A stretch of 64,000 nucleotides of DNA from positions 203,878-267,877 of the forward strand of contig JAGVGF010000002.1 of assembly GCA_020057295.1 (NCBI GenBank). Direction: 5' to 3'. Below, piece after piece: positions 9,488 to 19,322 of this stretch (the stretch's first letter is position 1; every line of letters starts with the position of its first letter). The stretch comes from an archaeon (GTDB lineage Archaea > Nanobdellota > Nanobdellia > Woesearchaeales > UBA9642). Under the pieces are notes generated by a model, which had not been told where the DNA came from, ran no database searches, and saw nothing but the letters and a program-made list of their open reading frames with translations. The position numbers and the translations under genes were made by a program.

Positions 9488-10057
9488 TTACAATCGTTTT
9501 TTTGTATCTAGAGGGAATAATTCATATTCAGAAATATCTTTCTTATCAATGATTTCCATTAACAAACCAAGAGGACTTTGTGTGATAATTTTATCAACTG
9601 AGAATGTGTAAACTTCTTTTATCTCAATATAATTTTGATATTTGGTTTGAATATTAGAGATATACTCCTCTTTTTGTGATGTGTCTCTAAATCCTATTAA
9701 TAGAATATGAGATGCTTGTGCATCAGCTACTCTGTACGCTGCGATTACGTATGGTATTTTTGAGATACGCTCAGCAATTGAACTATCAGAATATTTATCC
9801 CACACTGCAGGTTTTATGCGGATGACAAGTAATGCCATGGCGTGAATGCCTATTTTTTTAAAATCTATTATCGGCATATATCCTTCTATGATTCCTAATT
9901 GTTCAAGTTTTTCTCTTATCTTAAAAACTGCCTGAGGAGAAATACCCATGTCTGTTGCTATTTTGCTGTCTAGAATTCTTGAATGTTCTATAATCTTACG
10001 TAATACATCTTTATCATTCTCCGTTAACTTTGGAGAATTTGGATCTGCTTTAAGCAT
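9488..10057 (-). CDS. Lrp/AsnC family transcriptional regulator
   Basis: LT..D..VL..I..HSR...S.IA..MGIS.QAV.K...KLE..GIIEGY.P.IDF.K.G wHTH + RAM domain. Confidence 0.9.
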   Translation of the reverse strand: MLKADPNSPKLTENDKDVLRKIIEHSRILDSKIATDMGISPQAVFKIREKLEQLGIIEGYMPIIDFKKIGIHAMALLVIRIKPAVWDKYSDSSIAERISKIPYVIAAYRVADAQASHILLIGFRDTSQKEEYISNIQTKYQNYIEIKEVYTFSVDKIITQSPLGLLMEIIDKKDISEYELFPLDTKKRL

Positions 10058-10132
10058 AAAGTTGAAAAGACTATCAAGATTATAAAGCTGCGTTAAAAAT
10101 CTCTCTAAGAAATTTTTTAACTTGAGTAATAT

Positions 10133-10696
10133 TTAATTTTTCTTGTTTATTGGAAATAATTCATATGTAGAAAAATCATTCTTATCTATAACTTCATTTA
10201 GTAAGCTAATCGGATTCTGAATTATTATTTGATCCACTGAGAAAGAATATGCTTCTCTTATTTCAATTTCGTTTGCATACTTAGTTTGCATTTGAGAGAC
10301 AAATTGTTCTTTTTGTGCTATGTCTCTAAATCCTATTAATAGAATGTGTGATGCTTGTACATCTGTAACTCTATACGCTGAGATGATGTACGGGATTTTT
10401 GAAATACGTTCGGAAACTTCAAAGTCTTTGTATTTATCCCATACTTCAGATTTAACGCGAATGATAATTATTGCTAGAGCGTTGATTCCTATTTTTTTAA
10501 AGTCTATTATCGGCATATATCCTTTTATAATTCCTTGTGATTCAAGTTTTTCTCTTATTTTAAATACTGCTTGAGGAGAAATACCGATTTCTTGTGCTAT
10601 TTTGCTATCTGGGACTTTAGAATTTTCTATAATTTTACGTAAAACTTCTTTATCGTGTTCTGTCAATTTTGGAGAATCGGAGTCCGCTTTGAGCAT
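10133..10696 (-). CDS. Lrp/AsnC family transcriptional regulator (tandem paralog)
   Basis: Same motifs, colinear and highly similar to 9488..10057. Confidence 0.9.
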   Translation of the reverse strand: MLKADSDSPKLTEHDKEVLRKIIENSKVPDSKIAQEIGISPQAVFKIREKLESQGIIKGYMPIIDFKKIGINALAIIIIRVKSEVWDKYKDFEVSERISKIPYIISAYRVTDVQASHILLIGFRDIAQKEQFVSQMQTKYANEIEIREAYSFSVDQIIIQNPISLLNEVIDKNDFSTYELFPINKKN

Positions 10697-10838
10697 AACT
10701 TCTTTAAAGCATTCAAATATAAAAATTTTCTTTAATTTCTCGATATATATTTTTCTACTTTTATGTTTTATTGTCGCTATAGCCTAAATATTTCTATTTA
10801 TTTTAAAACTATCAGTCTCTCTTGTTTTGTGCTTAAAT

Positions 10839-10857
10839 CGAAACATTTATATATAAG
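10839..10857 (+). promoter_or_regulatory. Archaeal BRE-TATA promoter
   Basis: CGAAAC-ATTTATATATAAG upstream of the 10912 small ORF. Confidence 0.55.
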
Positions 10858-10911
10858 TTAGAGTAAATACTACTACTAATAAGTAACAACTTATTTCGTT
10901 GGGGGATTTAT

Positions 10912-11061
10912 ATGATCAATCGATTATACAATGATATAACTGTTTCAGACTTGACATTATCTCAAGTTGAAGCGTTAATAAAAGACGACGATATTGAATA
11001 CTCTGGAGACTACGGTTTCAAAGTTCAAGATAATGTTAAACTAATATTTAGTATGAATTAA
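10912..11061 (+). CDS. 49-aa acidic microprotein MINRLYNDITVSDLTLSQVEALIKDDDIEYSGDYGFKVQDNVKLIFSMN
   Basis: Translated by hand; own TATA promoter, GGGGG SD, downstream hairpin + T-tract. Confidence 0.55.
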   Translation: MINRLYNDITVSDLTLSQVEALIKDDDIEYSGDYGFKVQDNVKLIFSMN

Positions 11062-11101
11062 TTATACAAAGAAATAATACTCAAAAACACCTCACCTTTT
11101 T

Positions 11102-11166
11102 TGCACGAAGGACACCAATCACCTCACCCACTAATTTTCTGATTTGTTCTTCGTGCACTTTTTTTT
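11102..11166 (+). terminator. Stem-loop with T-tract
   Basis: TGCACGAAGGACA (11102-11114) pairs with TGTTCTTCGTGCA (11145-11157), followed by T8. Confidence 0.6.
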
Positions 11167-11172
11167 ATTCAG

Positions 11173-12384
11173 TTAGCTATTTTTTATACTGGCATAATCT
11201 TCTAAAACTATTTTATCTACATTATCTAAATCTGTAACCTTGTAAAGTTTTCCTTCACCAATTTCTACAATTTTTTTAGCTAGTTCTAAACCTTTATTAT
11301 CTAAATTTATTCCAACCATTGAAATAGTTATACGATTATTTCTAGCCTGACTGACAGCTTGTAGCGTTTCATTTTCTGGAATTGTTCCTTTCGTTGGCAG
11401 CGCATCAGTCAACAATATAAGATGTTTAGTATCATTTTTTGGAAATAATTCTATTGCTTTACCAATAGATTTAGCTATATCTGTTTCCATCGATGCCTTA
11501 ATTTCTGAAAGTTTTCTTAACAATTCCATAAAATCTAATGTTGGCGGAACACACTCTTTTATTTCAGAACCAAAAACCACTAGTCCTACACGATTTTTCT
11601 CTTGGATTGCTTTAAATGCTAATGCTATCCCTGCCTTCTTTGCAATCTTTAATTTTTCACCTTTCATACTTCCAGAAGCATCAATACCATAAATTATAGA
11701 AATTTTACCTTCAGTTTTTCTGTCATATGCTTTCAAGTCTTCTTTAGAAATTTCCGAATGTCCACGACGTAGAGATGTTTTGATGGTTTGTTTAATTGCC
11801 AAATCTCTATATCTATTATTTTTATATGATCTATAATCTTCTTTGTCACCATGAATATTTTGCTTCTTACTTTTTTTCTCACCAAAACCTTTTGGTATTA
11901 AATGATCTAATTCTTCAACATATAATACTAATGCGCTAAGCGTTAAGCCTTTATCTGTTATTGTTCCATCCTTATTTAGAAAACCGTCTTCTTTCAAATC
12001 ATCAATTTTATCATTAATTTTTTTCTGTAATTCTCTTTTGAATTCAGGAATATTAATATTTTTTTCAATATAATTAGGACTGTAACCAGTTAGTTCTCTA
12101 ATAATAACTTCGCCATACAATTTTTTTGCTAGTTTGTAATCTTTAATTAAGTTTTGAAATATCATATCAGGAGTTAAACTACCAATACCTTGTGTAACAC
12201 TTTCAGAAATTAATCTGCCATCACTAATATTTTCTTTATCATCTTCTAGAATAGAATGCATTAATTTTTCTTCATCAGTCTGACTTTTTAATTTACCTTT
12301 CTGTTCTTCAACTTCTTCAAGTTTTGGTATAATTCTTTCTACATCCTGTGAATCATGTGTCGTTTCTAGGCTAGGTATAACCAC
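11173..12384 (-). CDS. VWA domain protein (ChlD/MoxR partner-like)
   Basis: MIDAS DASGSM, T, LLTDA motifs; translationally coupled to the AAA+ gene. Confidence 0.85.
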   Translation of the reverse strand: MVIPSLETTHDSQDVERIIPKLEEVEEQKGKLKSQTDEEKLMHSILEDDKENISDGRLISESVTQGIGSLTPDMIFQNLIKDYKLAKKLYGEVIIRELTGYSPNYIEKNINIPEFKRELQKKINDKIDDLKEDGFLNKDGTITDKGLTLSALVLYVEELDHLIPKGFGEKKSKKQNIHGDKEDYRSYKNNRYRDLAIKQTIKTSLRRGHSEISKEDLKAYDRKTEGKISIIYGIDASGSMKGEKLKIAKKAGIALAFKAIQEKNRVGLVVFGSEIKECVPPTLDFMELLRKLSEIKASMETDIAKSIGKAIELFPKNDTKHLILLTDALPTKGTIPENETLQAVSQARNNRITISMVGINLDNKGLELAKKIVEIGEGKLYKVTDLDNVDKIVLEDYASIKNS

Positions 12385-13390
12385 TCTTTCTGCCCTTAAA
12401 TTTTTTGAATTCTTCAGCTAAATATTTTTCTGGAGTTTCAAGATATTTTATTGAGGGCTTTAATCTTATTCTGTGTGATATTACTGATAACATAACTTCT
12501 TTTATATGTTCGCTATTTACTGTTTTGTCTTTAGATAAGTATGCTACAGCCTGTGCTCTTTCATATATTCCGAGGCTTGCTCTCACTGATGGTTTTTTAT
12601 CGATGTTAGGATCGTTACGTAAACTTCTAATGAAGTCTATTGTATGATTTAGTAAATCTTCAGGGAATGTTACCTCATCAATTCTCTTACCTTTCATAGA
12701 AACTATTTTTCTCTCTATTTCTAAAGTTTCAGGATATCCCATATATATCATATCAAATCTATCCAGGAATACATCACTTAAAGTTTCTGTACTCGTATCT
12801 TCAGGATTCATTGTACCAATAAATACGAATTCTGCTGGGAAATCAATATTATAACTACCAATAGTTACTTTTTTCTCCTCTAAAACTTGTAATAATGCAT
12901 TCTGTAACTTTTCACTACATCTATTTATCTCATCAAAAAATAATATTCCATTATTTGCCCTAAATATTTTACCAGGAGTGAATGCTTCAATACTTAATGG
13001 ACCATACTTCATAGCTTTTATTGGATCAATATCTCCAAGTAAATCTTCAGCCGTCAAATCTGGACTACCCTGTATTCTAATAAATCTATCTTCACCACTG
13101 ACATTTTTGTGTTTTATCTTATCTTTATTGTTTAAACACTCAGGGCATATTGCACGTTCAGGAGTGCAGTTGAAGCCACAATTATTAACTTTCATGTCAG
13201 GCAATATTTTAGCAATATTTTTTGCAAGAGTTGTTTTACCAATACCAGGATTACCAATAAGAATTACGTGTCTATCCATTAACAGTGCAGATTTTAAGTC
13301 ACGCTTAACATTTTCTTGACCCAGTATATCTTCAAATTGTTCATCAATAATTTTTCGACGTAAAACGTCACTAATAAGTATATTATTCAT
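12371..13390 (-). CDS. MoxR/ChlI-like AAA+ ATPase
   Basis: Walker A GNPGIGKT, Walker B FFDEINR, GTMNP, LDRF; Cys-rich insert. Confidence 0.9.
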   Translation of the reverse strand: MNNILISDVLRRKIIDEQFEDILGQENVKRDLKSALLMDRHVILIGNPGIGKTTLAKNIAKILPDMKVNNCGFNCTPERAICPECLNNKDKIKHKNVSGEDRFIRIQGSPDLTAEDLLGDIDPIKAMKYGPLSIEAFTPGKIFRANNGILFFDEINRCSEKLQNALLQVLEEKKVTIGSYNIDFPAEFVFIGTMNPEDTSTETLSDVFLDRFDMIYMGYPETLEIERKIVSMKGKRIDEVTFPEDLLNHTIDFIRSLRNDPNIDKKPSVRASLGIYERAQAVAYLSKDKTVNSEHIKEVMLSVISHRIRLKPSIKYLETPEKYLAEEFKKFKGRKSGYT

Positions 13391-13479
13391 AGTACCACCT
13401 AGGGCCGTTAATGACGATACTATTTATAAATGTTTGTCTAGAATAATGCAATATTTTCTACTATATTTATACATTTTGA

Positions 13480-14088
13480 TTAGAATAATAAACAGAAATA
13501 TATTATACATGCACTAATTACAGGAACTAAAAAATTATCATCGATAGTATCATTATAAAATCTTATATCTAAAGATTCGACACTCATTGCGATAATTGCT
13601 GCAATAGTTGCAAAGATCCAATTTACAAATAGGCTTGCCGCTATACTTGCAAATATTATTCCTACAATTGTTCCTTCAATAAGTCTAGTATCGTTTAATG
13701 GATGTTTAATTTTACCATAATGTTTACCAATCATTGCAGATATACTATCTCCAAAAGTCCAAATCATAAGTGATGCTAACACAATATTTTTATCAAAAAA
13801 TACGGTTATTAATAATACTCCTGCGAATAAGTATATTACTCCTTTGCCTGGAGCCTTTTTACGTAACTTTTCTCTCTCAAAAATTTTTAAAAACCAATGA
13901 ATTATCGGAATATCAAAATGTTGATATATTAGAGATATAACAAGTCCTATAATTATTATACTTATAGTCATCCAAGGTTTAAGAAAGTCAAAATAAATTA
14001 ATACAGATAATACTAACCCAAGTGTTATATGAAAAAATTTTCTTCTAAGTTCTAACCAATCAATATTTCCACGCATACTTCTCACCAA
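13480..14088 (-). CDS. Dolichol/phytol kinase family (CTP-dependent polyprenol kinase)
   Basis: ELRRKFFH, GDSISAMIGK.YG, EG, DDNF motifs. Confidence 0.85.
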   Translation of the reverse strand: MVRSMRGNIDWLELRRKFFHITLGLVLSVLIYFDFLKPWMTISIIIIGLVISLIYQHFDIPIIHWFLKIFEREKLRKKAPGKGVIYLFAGVLLITVFFDKNIVLASLMIWTFGDSISAMIGKHYGKIKHPLNDTRLIEGTIVGIIFASIAASLFVNWIFATIAAIIAMSVESLDIRFYNDTIDDNFLVPVISACIIYFCLLF

Positions 14089-14665
14089 TTTTAAGGAATA
14101 TCCATCCTATACTGTATCCGATTATCGCTCCGCCAATTACATCACTTAAATAGTGTACTCCAAGATATATTCTGCTGAAACCAACAAGTATCGCAAACGT
14201 CCAGAATATCCATTTAATTTTCGGAAAATTTTTACTCATTACAGGAATAATGCTAAAGAACATCATTGTGTGTCCTGAAGGAAATGAGCTCATACTTGTT
14301 TGTATGCTGCTGTTTATGTTTAATGCTTCAAAAGGTCTTGGTCTATTAATCAAAGTTTTTAGAATGTAGATCATTAATGGATCTATAATAACAGTTAATC
14401 CTAGTGCTAAAAATTTCCTCTGATTAATTATTAACACAGCTAAAAGTATTAACGCAATCCAAGCAAATATATACATTTCTCCAAATAATGTTATTAGATA
14501 AAAAATCGTTAACAATAACGGATATTGAATATTATCTATAAACAGGATGATAACTTTATCCAATAGAAAACTTACTAAAAATATTATTAATGATATTATG
14601 TAAGTAGGAATATTTACATCAAGTAAAATGTTTTTTGTATTATTTTTGTTAAGGATTTTTTTCAT
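14060..14665 (-). CDS. PAP2 family membrane phosphatase
   Basis: K...NRPRP, SFPSGH, SRIYLGVHY.SDV. Confidence 0.9.
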   Translation of the reverse strand: MKKILNKNNTKNILLDVNIPTYIISLIIFLVSFLLDKVIILFIDNIQYPLLLTIFYLITLFGEMYIFAWIALILLAVLIINQRKFLALGLTVIIDPLMIYILKTLINRPRPFEALNINSSIQTSMSSFPSGHTMMFFSIIPVMSKNFPKIKWIFWTFAILVGFSRIYLGVHYLSDVIGGAIIGYSIGWIFLKIGEKYAWKY

Positions 14666-16011
14666 ATTATCTTAATATTTTTTGTTCTTCTACTAATAAA
14701 TTCTTGTTTGCATAAATCTTGTAAAAATATTTTTGGATCGACATACTTTCTTGGCATTACAGCATATATTCTGTTTCCTTTGATGCATGTTTTATGTTTC
14801 AATTCGGTATGTTTTTTCAAAAATTTTTCATAATCTATTTTTGCGCTTATTGGTGGACCTTCTTGTTCAACTTCTTTACTCATGTTTTTATCGACTATAA
14901 AATACATTTCAGCAAATCTTTTGTCAAAGATGAAATTCCAGTTACTAGCTAAAACCTTAAAATCATTTAACTGCATTTGTTCAATTAATGTTTCATAAAC
15001 TTTTAAAACTTTTGTACCTACAACGTCTTTACTGCCATCGAGAGTTTCGATATTTGCCTGTACTATGTTTATTTGAGAAATTGTTTTTGAATAGTTTACT
15101 TTAACGTTTTTTGTTTTTTCTGAAATATCTTTTTTTATTTCAAATTTTTTTATTTCAAAAAAATCTTTAGAAGGTTTTTCTAAAAATCTTTTCGCAGCAT
15201 CAATAAATATTATTAGTTTTTCCCTACTTAAAGCTGCAGCACTATTACGTTCAGTTTGTATGGGATCAATAATTATTAATGGTGAAATTTTACTTTGATT
15301 TAAATCTTTCAATGGATTTTTTTGATGTTTTTCTGGATCAATGATTATTGGTTTGTTAACACTAATATCTTCATATTTACTAAATGCCTTTAATAGGTTG
15401 ATAAATGATCCGTAGTATATTATTAGTATGTCTAGTATGTGTCCACTAAATCCATTAACATAACTTTCTGCACCATAAACTCCATTAGTTTTGCAAAATT
15501 GTTTAGCTAATCTTATCTCGTCCGTGAGTTTTGAGTTTTTATCTGTATACTTTTTAACCCATGTCACATGTTCTGGACTCAGATCTGTGATATTTAGTGC
15601 TTCGTTATGATTTTGTGCATGCACTAATATAACTGGTATTACTTCAAAATTTAATATTTTGTTTTTCTTTTTTTGTTCAAACTGAAAATAATCTCTACTA
15701 CCGTGTATTCTGTCCAATTTTTTGACTTTTAATTCTTTACACAAAATTTTCAATATTTTTTCAGTTAATTCAGAAATATCATATTCTATATACGATTGAT
15801 TATATCTTACAAATAAATCTATATCATAATCATTTTTTAAGAATGTTCCTTTAGCTATACTTCCACCTTTAACACATTCAGCTACTAACTTAGATTTTTT
15901 AAGTAATTTATTTATTCTATCTACAACGCTATCTACATCTACTAGTATGCTATTATCTGGTCTAATTTTGTCTTTTACAGATTCTAAAATTTTGACGTAT
16001 TTATCCACCAT
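14662..16011 (-). CDS. cca: Class I CCA tRNA nucleotidyltransferase
   Basis: GGSIAKGTFL...DIDLF, GVYGAES...GFSG, DPIQ..RN.AAA. Confidence 0.9.
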   Translation of the reverse strand: MVDKYVKILESVKDKIRPDNSILVDVDSVVDRINKLLKKSKLVAECVKGGSIAKGTFLKNDYDIDLFVRYNQSYIEYDISELTEKILKILCKELKVKKLDRIHGSRDYFQFEQKKKNKILNFEVIPVILVHAQNHNEALNITDLSPEHVTWVKKYTDKNSKLTDEIRLAKQFCKTNGVYGAESYVNGFSGHILDILIIYYGSFINLLKAFSKYEDISVNKPIIIDPEKHQKNPLKDLNQSKISPLIIIDPIQTERNSAAALSREKLIIFIDAAKRFLEKPSKDFFEIKKFEIKKDISEKTKNVKVNYSKTISQINIVQANIETLDGSKDVVGTKVLKVYETLIEQMQLNDFKVLASNWNFIFDKRFAEMYFIVDKNMSKEVEQEGPPISAKIDYEKFLKKHTELKHKTCIKGNRIYAVMPRKYVDPKIFLQDLCKQEFISRRTKNIKII

Positions 16012-16098
16012 GGCATATTTTAGTATGATGTGTTTTAAAATTTTCCCACTTTTAACGTAAACTTAATAAATCTTGATTACGATTATTGCGTTAAAGAG

Positions 16099-17304
16099 GT
16101 GTTTATGCTACTGGAACAATTAATCTATATAGCAGTTATAGTCCTTATTGGCACTGTAATTCTATTGCTTCGTAGAAAAGCAGAAGGCAGCAGATCAGGA
16201 TATAAATTAGCATTAATACTATTAGGATTATTATTAGGTTTATCTACTATTGGTAATAGTCCTGTTTTTTCATTCGATAAATATTTTTTAAAAAGTTTTA
16301 GTGTATTCTTGCTAATAGTTTTATTGTTTGAATTAAGCATCAGATTAAATTCTGAAAACATTAAAATAACTCCTAAGAATATTAAACTATTTTTTAGTAT
16401 GTTATTAATAAATATAATATTTTTAAGTTTATTCACAGCGCTCATATTAAAAATAAATTTTCTTAACGGAATATTATTTGCACTCATAATGTCGTCTATA
16501 GAATATTTTTTAGTTGATCAATTAAAAGAAGAAGGAGATTTAGCAAATCCGTTAATAATATTTTTTGGATTTAGCATAATGGTTTTTTACAGTTTGCAAG
16601 GATTAATGTTTGACAATGTTTTATATTTCTTAAAATATCTCTTAATAGGTTTGGGAACTGGTGTAATTATTGGTATATTAGTTTTCAAGAGCATGAAAAA
16701 TAATTATATAGATCAAGTACACGAACTAGGTCTTGTTGCCGTTGCTGTAAGCACTTACATTATTACAGAACAATTAGCTGGTTCAGGACTTTTTGCTGTA
16801 ATGATATTGGGTGTATTTTTCGGAAACAGTTATGTCAGAAAAACATCTTCACTATACAGTTTTTCACCTTTTATATTCAAAAGTTTAGAAATGTTAATAT
16901 ATTTAATGATAGGATTTGTTGTGGCTTTAAATTTTAATGACGGAATATTGTGGAAAGCTCTAGCTATATTTGCATTATATATACTTTTACGATTACTAAT
17001 TATACATTACAATTATAAGCATCATTCTATGCAAAATAAGTTGTTATTAACATTTGCACCTAAGGGAATGATTGTTGGTGTGATGATTCTTGTACTTGGA
17101 GTGTATGTTACTGTTGAAGATGTTCTAATACATGCTATGCTGCTTGTACTAATTTATAGTTTAATAGCAGGAATATGCATAGAATATTTAGAACATAAAA
17201 AATTATTACGGCTAGATAAGTTATTCAATATTCTAATTAATATACGATTTGGACGTAAGAGAGATCTTCCAAACAAGAAAAGGTTTCATACATACTACAA
17301 ATAA
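16099..17304 (+). CDS. Cation:proton antiporter (CPA1-like)
   Basis: Multi-TM; LKEEG..ANP, SGLFAV...G, APKG motifs. Confidence 0.75.
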   Translation: MFMLLEQLIYIAVIVLIGTVILLLRRKAEGSRSGYKLALILLGLLLGLSTIGNSPVFSFDKYFLKSFSVFLLIVLLFELSIRLNSENIKITPKNIKLFFSMLLINIIFLSLFTALILKINFLNGILFALIMSSIEYFLVDQLKEEGDLANPLIIFFGFSIMVFYSLQGLMFDNVLYFLKYLLIGLGTGVIIGILVFKSMKNNYIDQVHELGLVAVAVSTYIITEQLAGSGLFAVMILGVFFGNSYVRKTSSLYSFSPFIFKSLEMLIYLMIGFVVALNFNDGILWKALAIFALYILLRLLIIHYNYKHHSMQNKLLLTFAPKGMIVGVMILVLGVYVTVEDVLIHAMLLVLIYSLIAGICIEYLEHKKLLRLDKLFNILINIRFGRKRDLPNKKRFHTYYK

Positions 17305-17407
17305 ACTCTAAAACGGAAACTTAAGTTATAGATTGCCAGGAAATATGCTTCTAGCGAGGATACGGTTTATAAATACCTTTATAAATTGCCTGGCATTTCT
17401 CGTGTAT

Positions 17408-17797
17408 ATGATTAGAATTATACTTGATACGAATTTTTTGATGATTCCATCACAATTCAAAGTTGACATATTTTCAGAATTCAAAAGATTAATGACTGAG
17501 CAATCTTCCTTATATGTTTTAGAAGCTTCAATAGACGAGTTAACAACAATCTCTTTAGGTAAAACTAAAGATAATGTACATGCAAAAGTGGCTCTTAAGC
17601 TTATAAAACAAAAAAACTTAAAAACCCTTCCAAATTCCACTAATGAAAAGTATGCTGATAATCTTATCTTAGAGGGTGTTACAAATAAGGATATAGTCTG
17701 TACGCAAGACCAAGCCTTAAAAAGACTCCTTAAAAATAAGCATAAAGGTATACGCTTGATAACTTTAAAATCAAAAAAATATCTCGATTTCGAGTGA
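17408..17797 (+). CDS. PIN domain protein (Fcf1/Utp23-like)
   Basis: IILDTNFL, ADNLI, VCTQD; canonical position upstream of rpoE1. Confidence 0.85.
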   Translation: MIRIILDTNFLMIPSQFKVDIFSEFKRLMTEQSSLYVLEASIDELTTISLGKTKDNVHAKVALKLIKQKNLKTLPNSTNEKYADNLILEGVTNKDIVCTQDQALKRLLKNKHKGIRLITLKSKKYLDFE

Positions 17798-17806
17798 GGC
17801 AAAAAA

Positions 17807-18379
17807 ATGTACTATAAAACAAAAGTTAAGGATTACGTCAGATTACCACCATCATCTTTTAGCGAAGATTTGGAATTATCACTCACTCAAGAAATAAAAA
17901 AGAAATATAGTGGTTTTATAAGTCAAGAGTTAGGATTTGTTATTGATGTAACTGGTGTAGATACAGTAGGTCAAGGAATAATATTACCTGGTGATGGTTC
18001 AGCACATTACAATGTAGAATTTACATTATTAACTTTTAAACCAGAAATGCAAGAGATAGTTTTAGGAAAAATAACTAACGTTGCAGATTTCGGTGCATTC
18101 ATCAACATAGGACCAGTTGAAGGCATGATTCATATAAGTCAGACTATGAATGACTTTGTATCATTTGGTAAAGATGGCGTTTTAAGTGGTAAGAACAGTA
18201 AACGAGCATTAAAAGCTGGCGATATATGTCGAGCAAAAATAATCGCTGTATCATACAAGGATTTAACAAACCCGAAAATAGGTTTAACAATGAGACAGAT
18301 AGGACTTGGCAAGGAAGACTGGGTAGATGAACCAGCAGAAGCTGCTAAAGAGTCTAAAGAAGAGAAGAAGGCTAAATAA
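17807..18379 (+). CDS. rpoE1: RNA polymerase subunit E' (Rpo7)
   Basis: G.ILPGDG, FGAFINIGP.EG.IHISQ, KIGLTMRQ.GLGK. Confidence 0.95.
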   Translation: MYYKTKVKDYVRLPPSSFSEDLELSLTQEIKKKYSGFISQELGFVIDVTGVDTVGQGIILPGDGSAHYNVEFTLLTFKPEMQEIVLGKITNVADFGAFINIGPVEGMIHISQTMNDFVSFGKDGVLSGKNSKRALKAGDICRAKIIAVSYKDLTNPKIGLTMRQIGLGKEDWVDEPAEAAKESKEEKKAK

Positions 18380-18390
18380 TTGAGGTTCAA

Positions 18391-18576
18391 ATGAAAAAAA
18401 AGGTATGCAAGAAATGTAAAATCTTTGTTGATGGTGAAACTTGTCCATTATGTAAGAAGAATAATTTCTCTAACAATTGGCAAGGTAGAATAAATTTCAT
18501 TGATGTACAAAATAGTACGATTGCTAAAAAGATTAATGTTGAAGTCAAAGGCGAATACGCTATTAAGGTAAAGTGA
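18391..18576 (+). CDS. spt4: Transcription elongation factor Spt4 (RpoE'')
   Basis: CKKC..CPLC, WQG, GEYAIKV. Confidence 0.95.
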   Translation: MKKKVCKKCKIFVDGETCPLCKKNNFSNNWQGRINFIDVQNSTIAKKINVEVKGEYAIKVK

Positions 18577-18583
18577 GGTTAAA

Positions 18584-18949
18584 ATGGATGTTGAAGTATT
18601 AAAAAAGAATAATGAACCATTGATGCATCGATCATATTTCGAGGCAAAGATAGTTTTTGAAGGTAAAACTCCTTCAAGACCAGAGTTAATGAAAGATTTA
18701 TGTCATAAATTATCATCAAAAGAAAATATGACTATAATTAGGAAGATTAATACAGATTATGGTTCTGAAAGAGCTTTACTAAACGGTTATGTTTATGATG
18801 ACGAAACTGTAATGAATAAATTAGAAACAAAATTTGTTAAATTAAGACATTTAGCAAAAGCTGAACAGAAAGCAGAGAAAGAAAAATTCAAAGCAGCAAA
18901 ACAAGCAGCAGCTGCAGCAGCAGCTCCAGCAAAGGGCAAGAAAAAGTAA
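18584..18949 (+). CDS. rps24e: 30S ribosomal protein S24e
   Basis: N.PL..R, TPSR, I.T.YG, VY; operon position. Confidence 0.85.
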   Translation: MDVEVLKKNNEPLMHRSYFEAKIVFEGKTPSRPELMKDLCHKLSSKENMTIIRKINTDYGSERALLNGYVYDDETVMNKLETKFVKLRHLAKAEQKAEKEKFKAAKQAAAAAAAPAKGKKK

Positions 18950-18996
18950 CTCAAAAATTGAGTTGCAATTAAAATAATAATCAAAGGTGAATAATA

Positions 18997-19203
18997 ATGG
19001 CAGCAAAACCAGCAGCAAAAGGTGGAGAAAAGAAAGGCGGACCAGTAAAGAAAGGTAAACAGTATCATATGTATAAGGTCTACGAAGTAACAGGCAATTC
19101 AGTAAAGAGAAAAAATAAGACTTGCCCAAAATGTTCTGTATTAATGGCAAACCACAAGGACAGATGGACATGTGGCAAATGCGGATACATGGAAAAGAAA
19201 TAA
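18997..19203 (+). CDS. rps27ae: 30S ribosomal protein S27ae
   Basis: CPKC...MA.H.DR..CGKC. Confidence 0.95.
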   Translation: MAAKPAAKGGEKKGGPVKKGKQYHMYKVYEVTGNSVKRKNKTCPKCSVLMANHKDRWTCGKCGYMEKK

Positions 19204-19322
19204 TTTCTTTTATTTTATTCTTAATTCTTTTAGAAAACAAAAATTCTTAATATGTTTTTATTACTCTTTAGTGATTAAATAATAGAAAAATTTATAAATC
19301 TGTTATTTTCTTATATCATTAT

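Noticed and set aside
18584-19203. Ala/Lys-rich extensions on S24e and S27ae; DUF359 missing from the rpoE operon
   Set aside because: Ordinary lineage variation in reduced archaeal genomes
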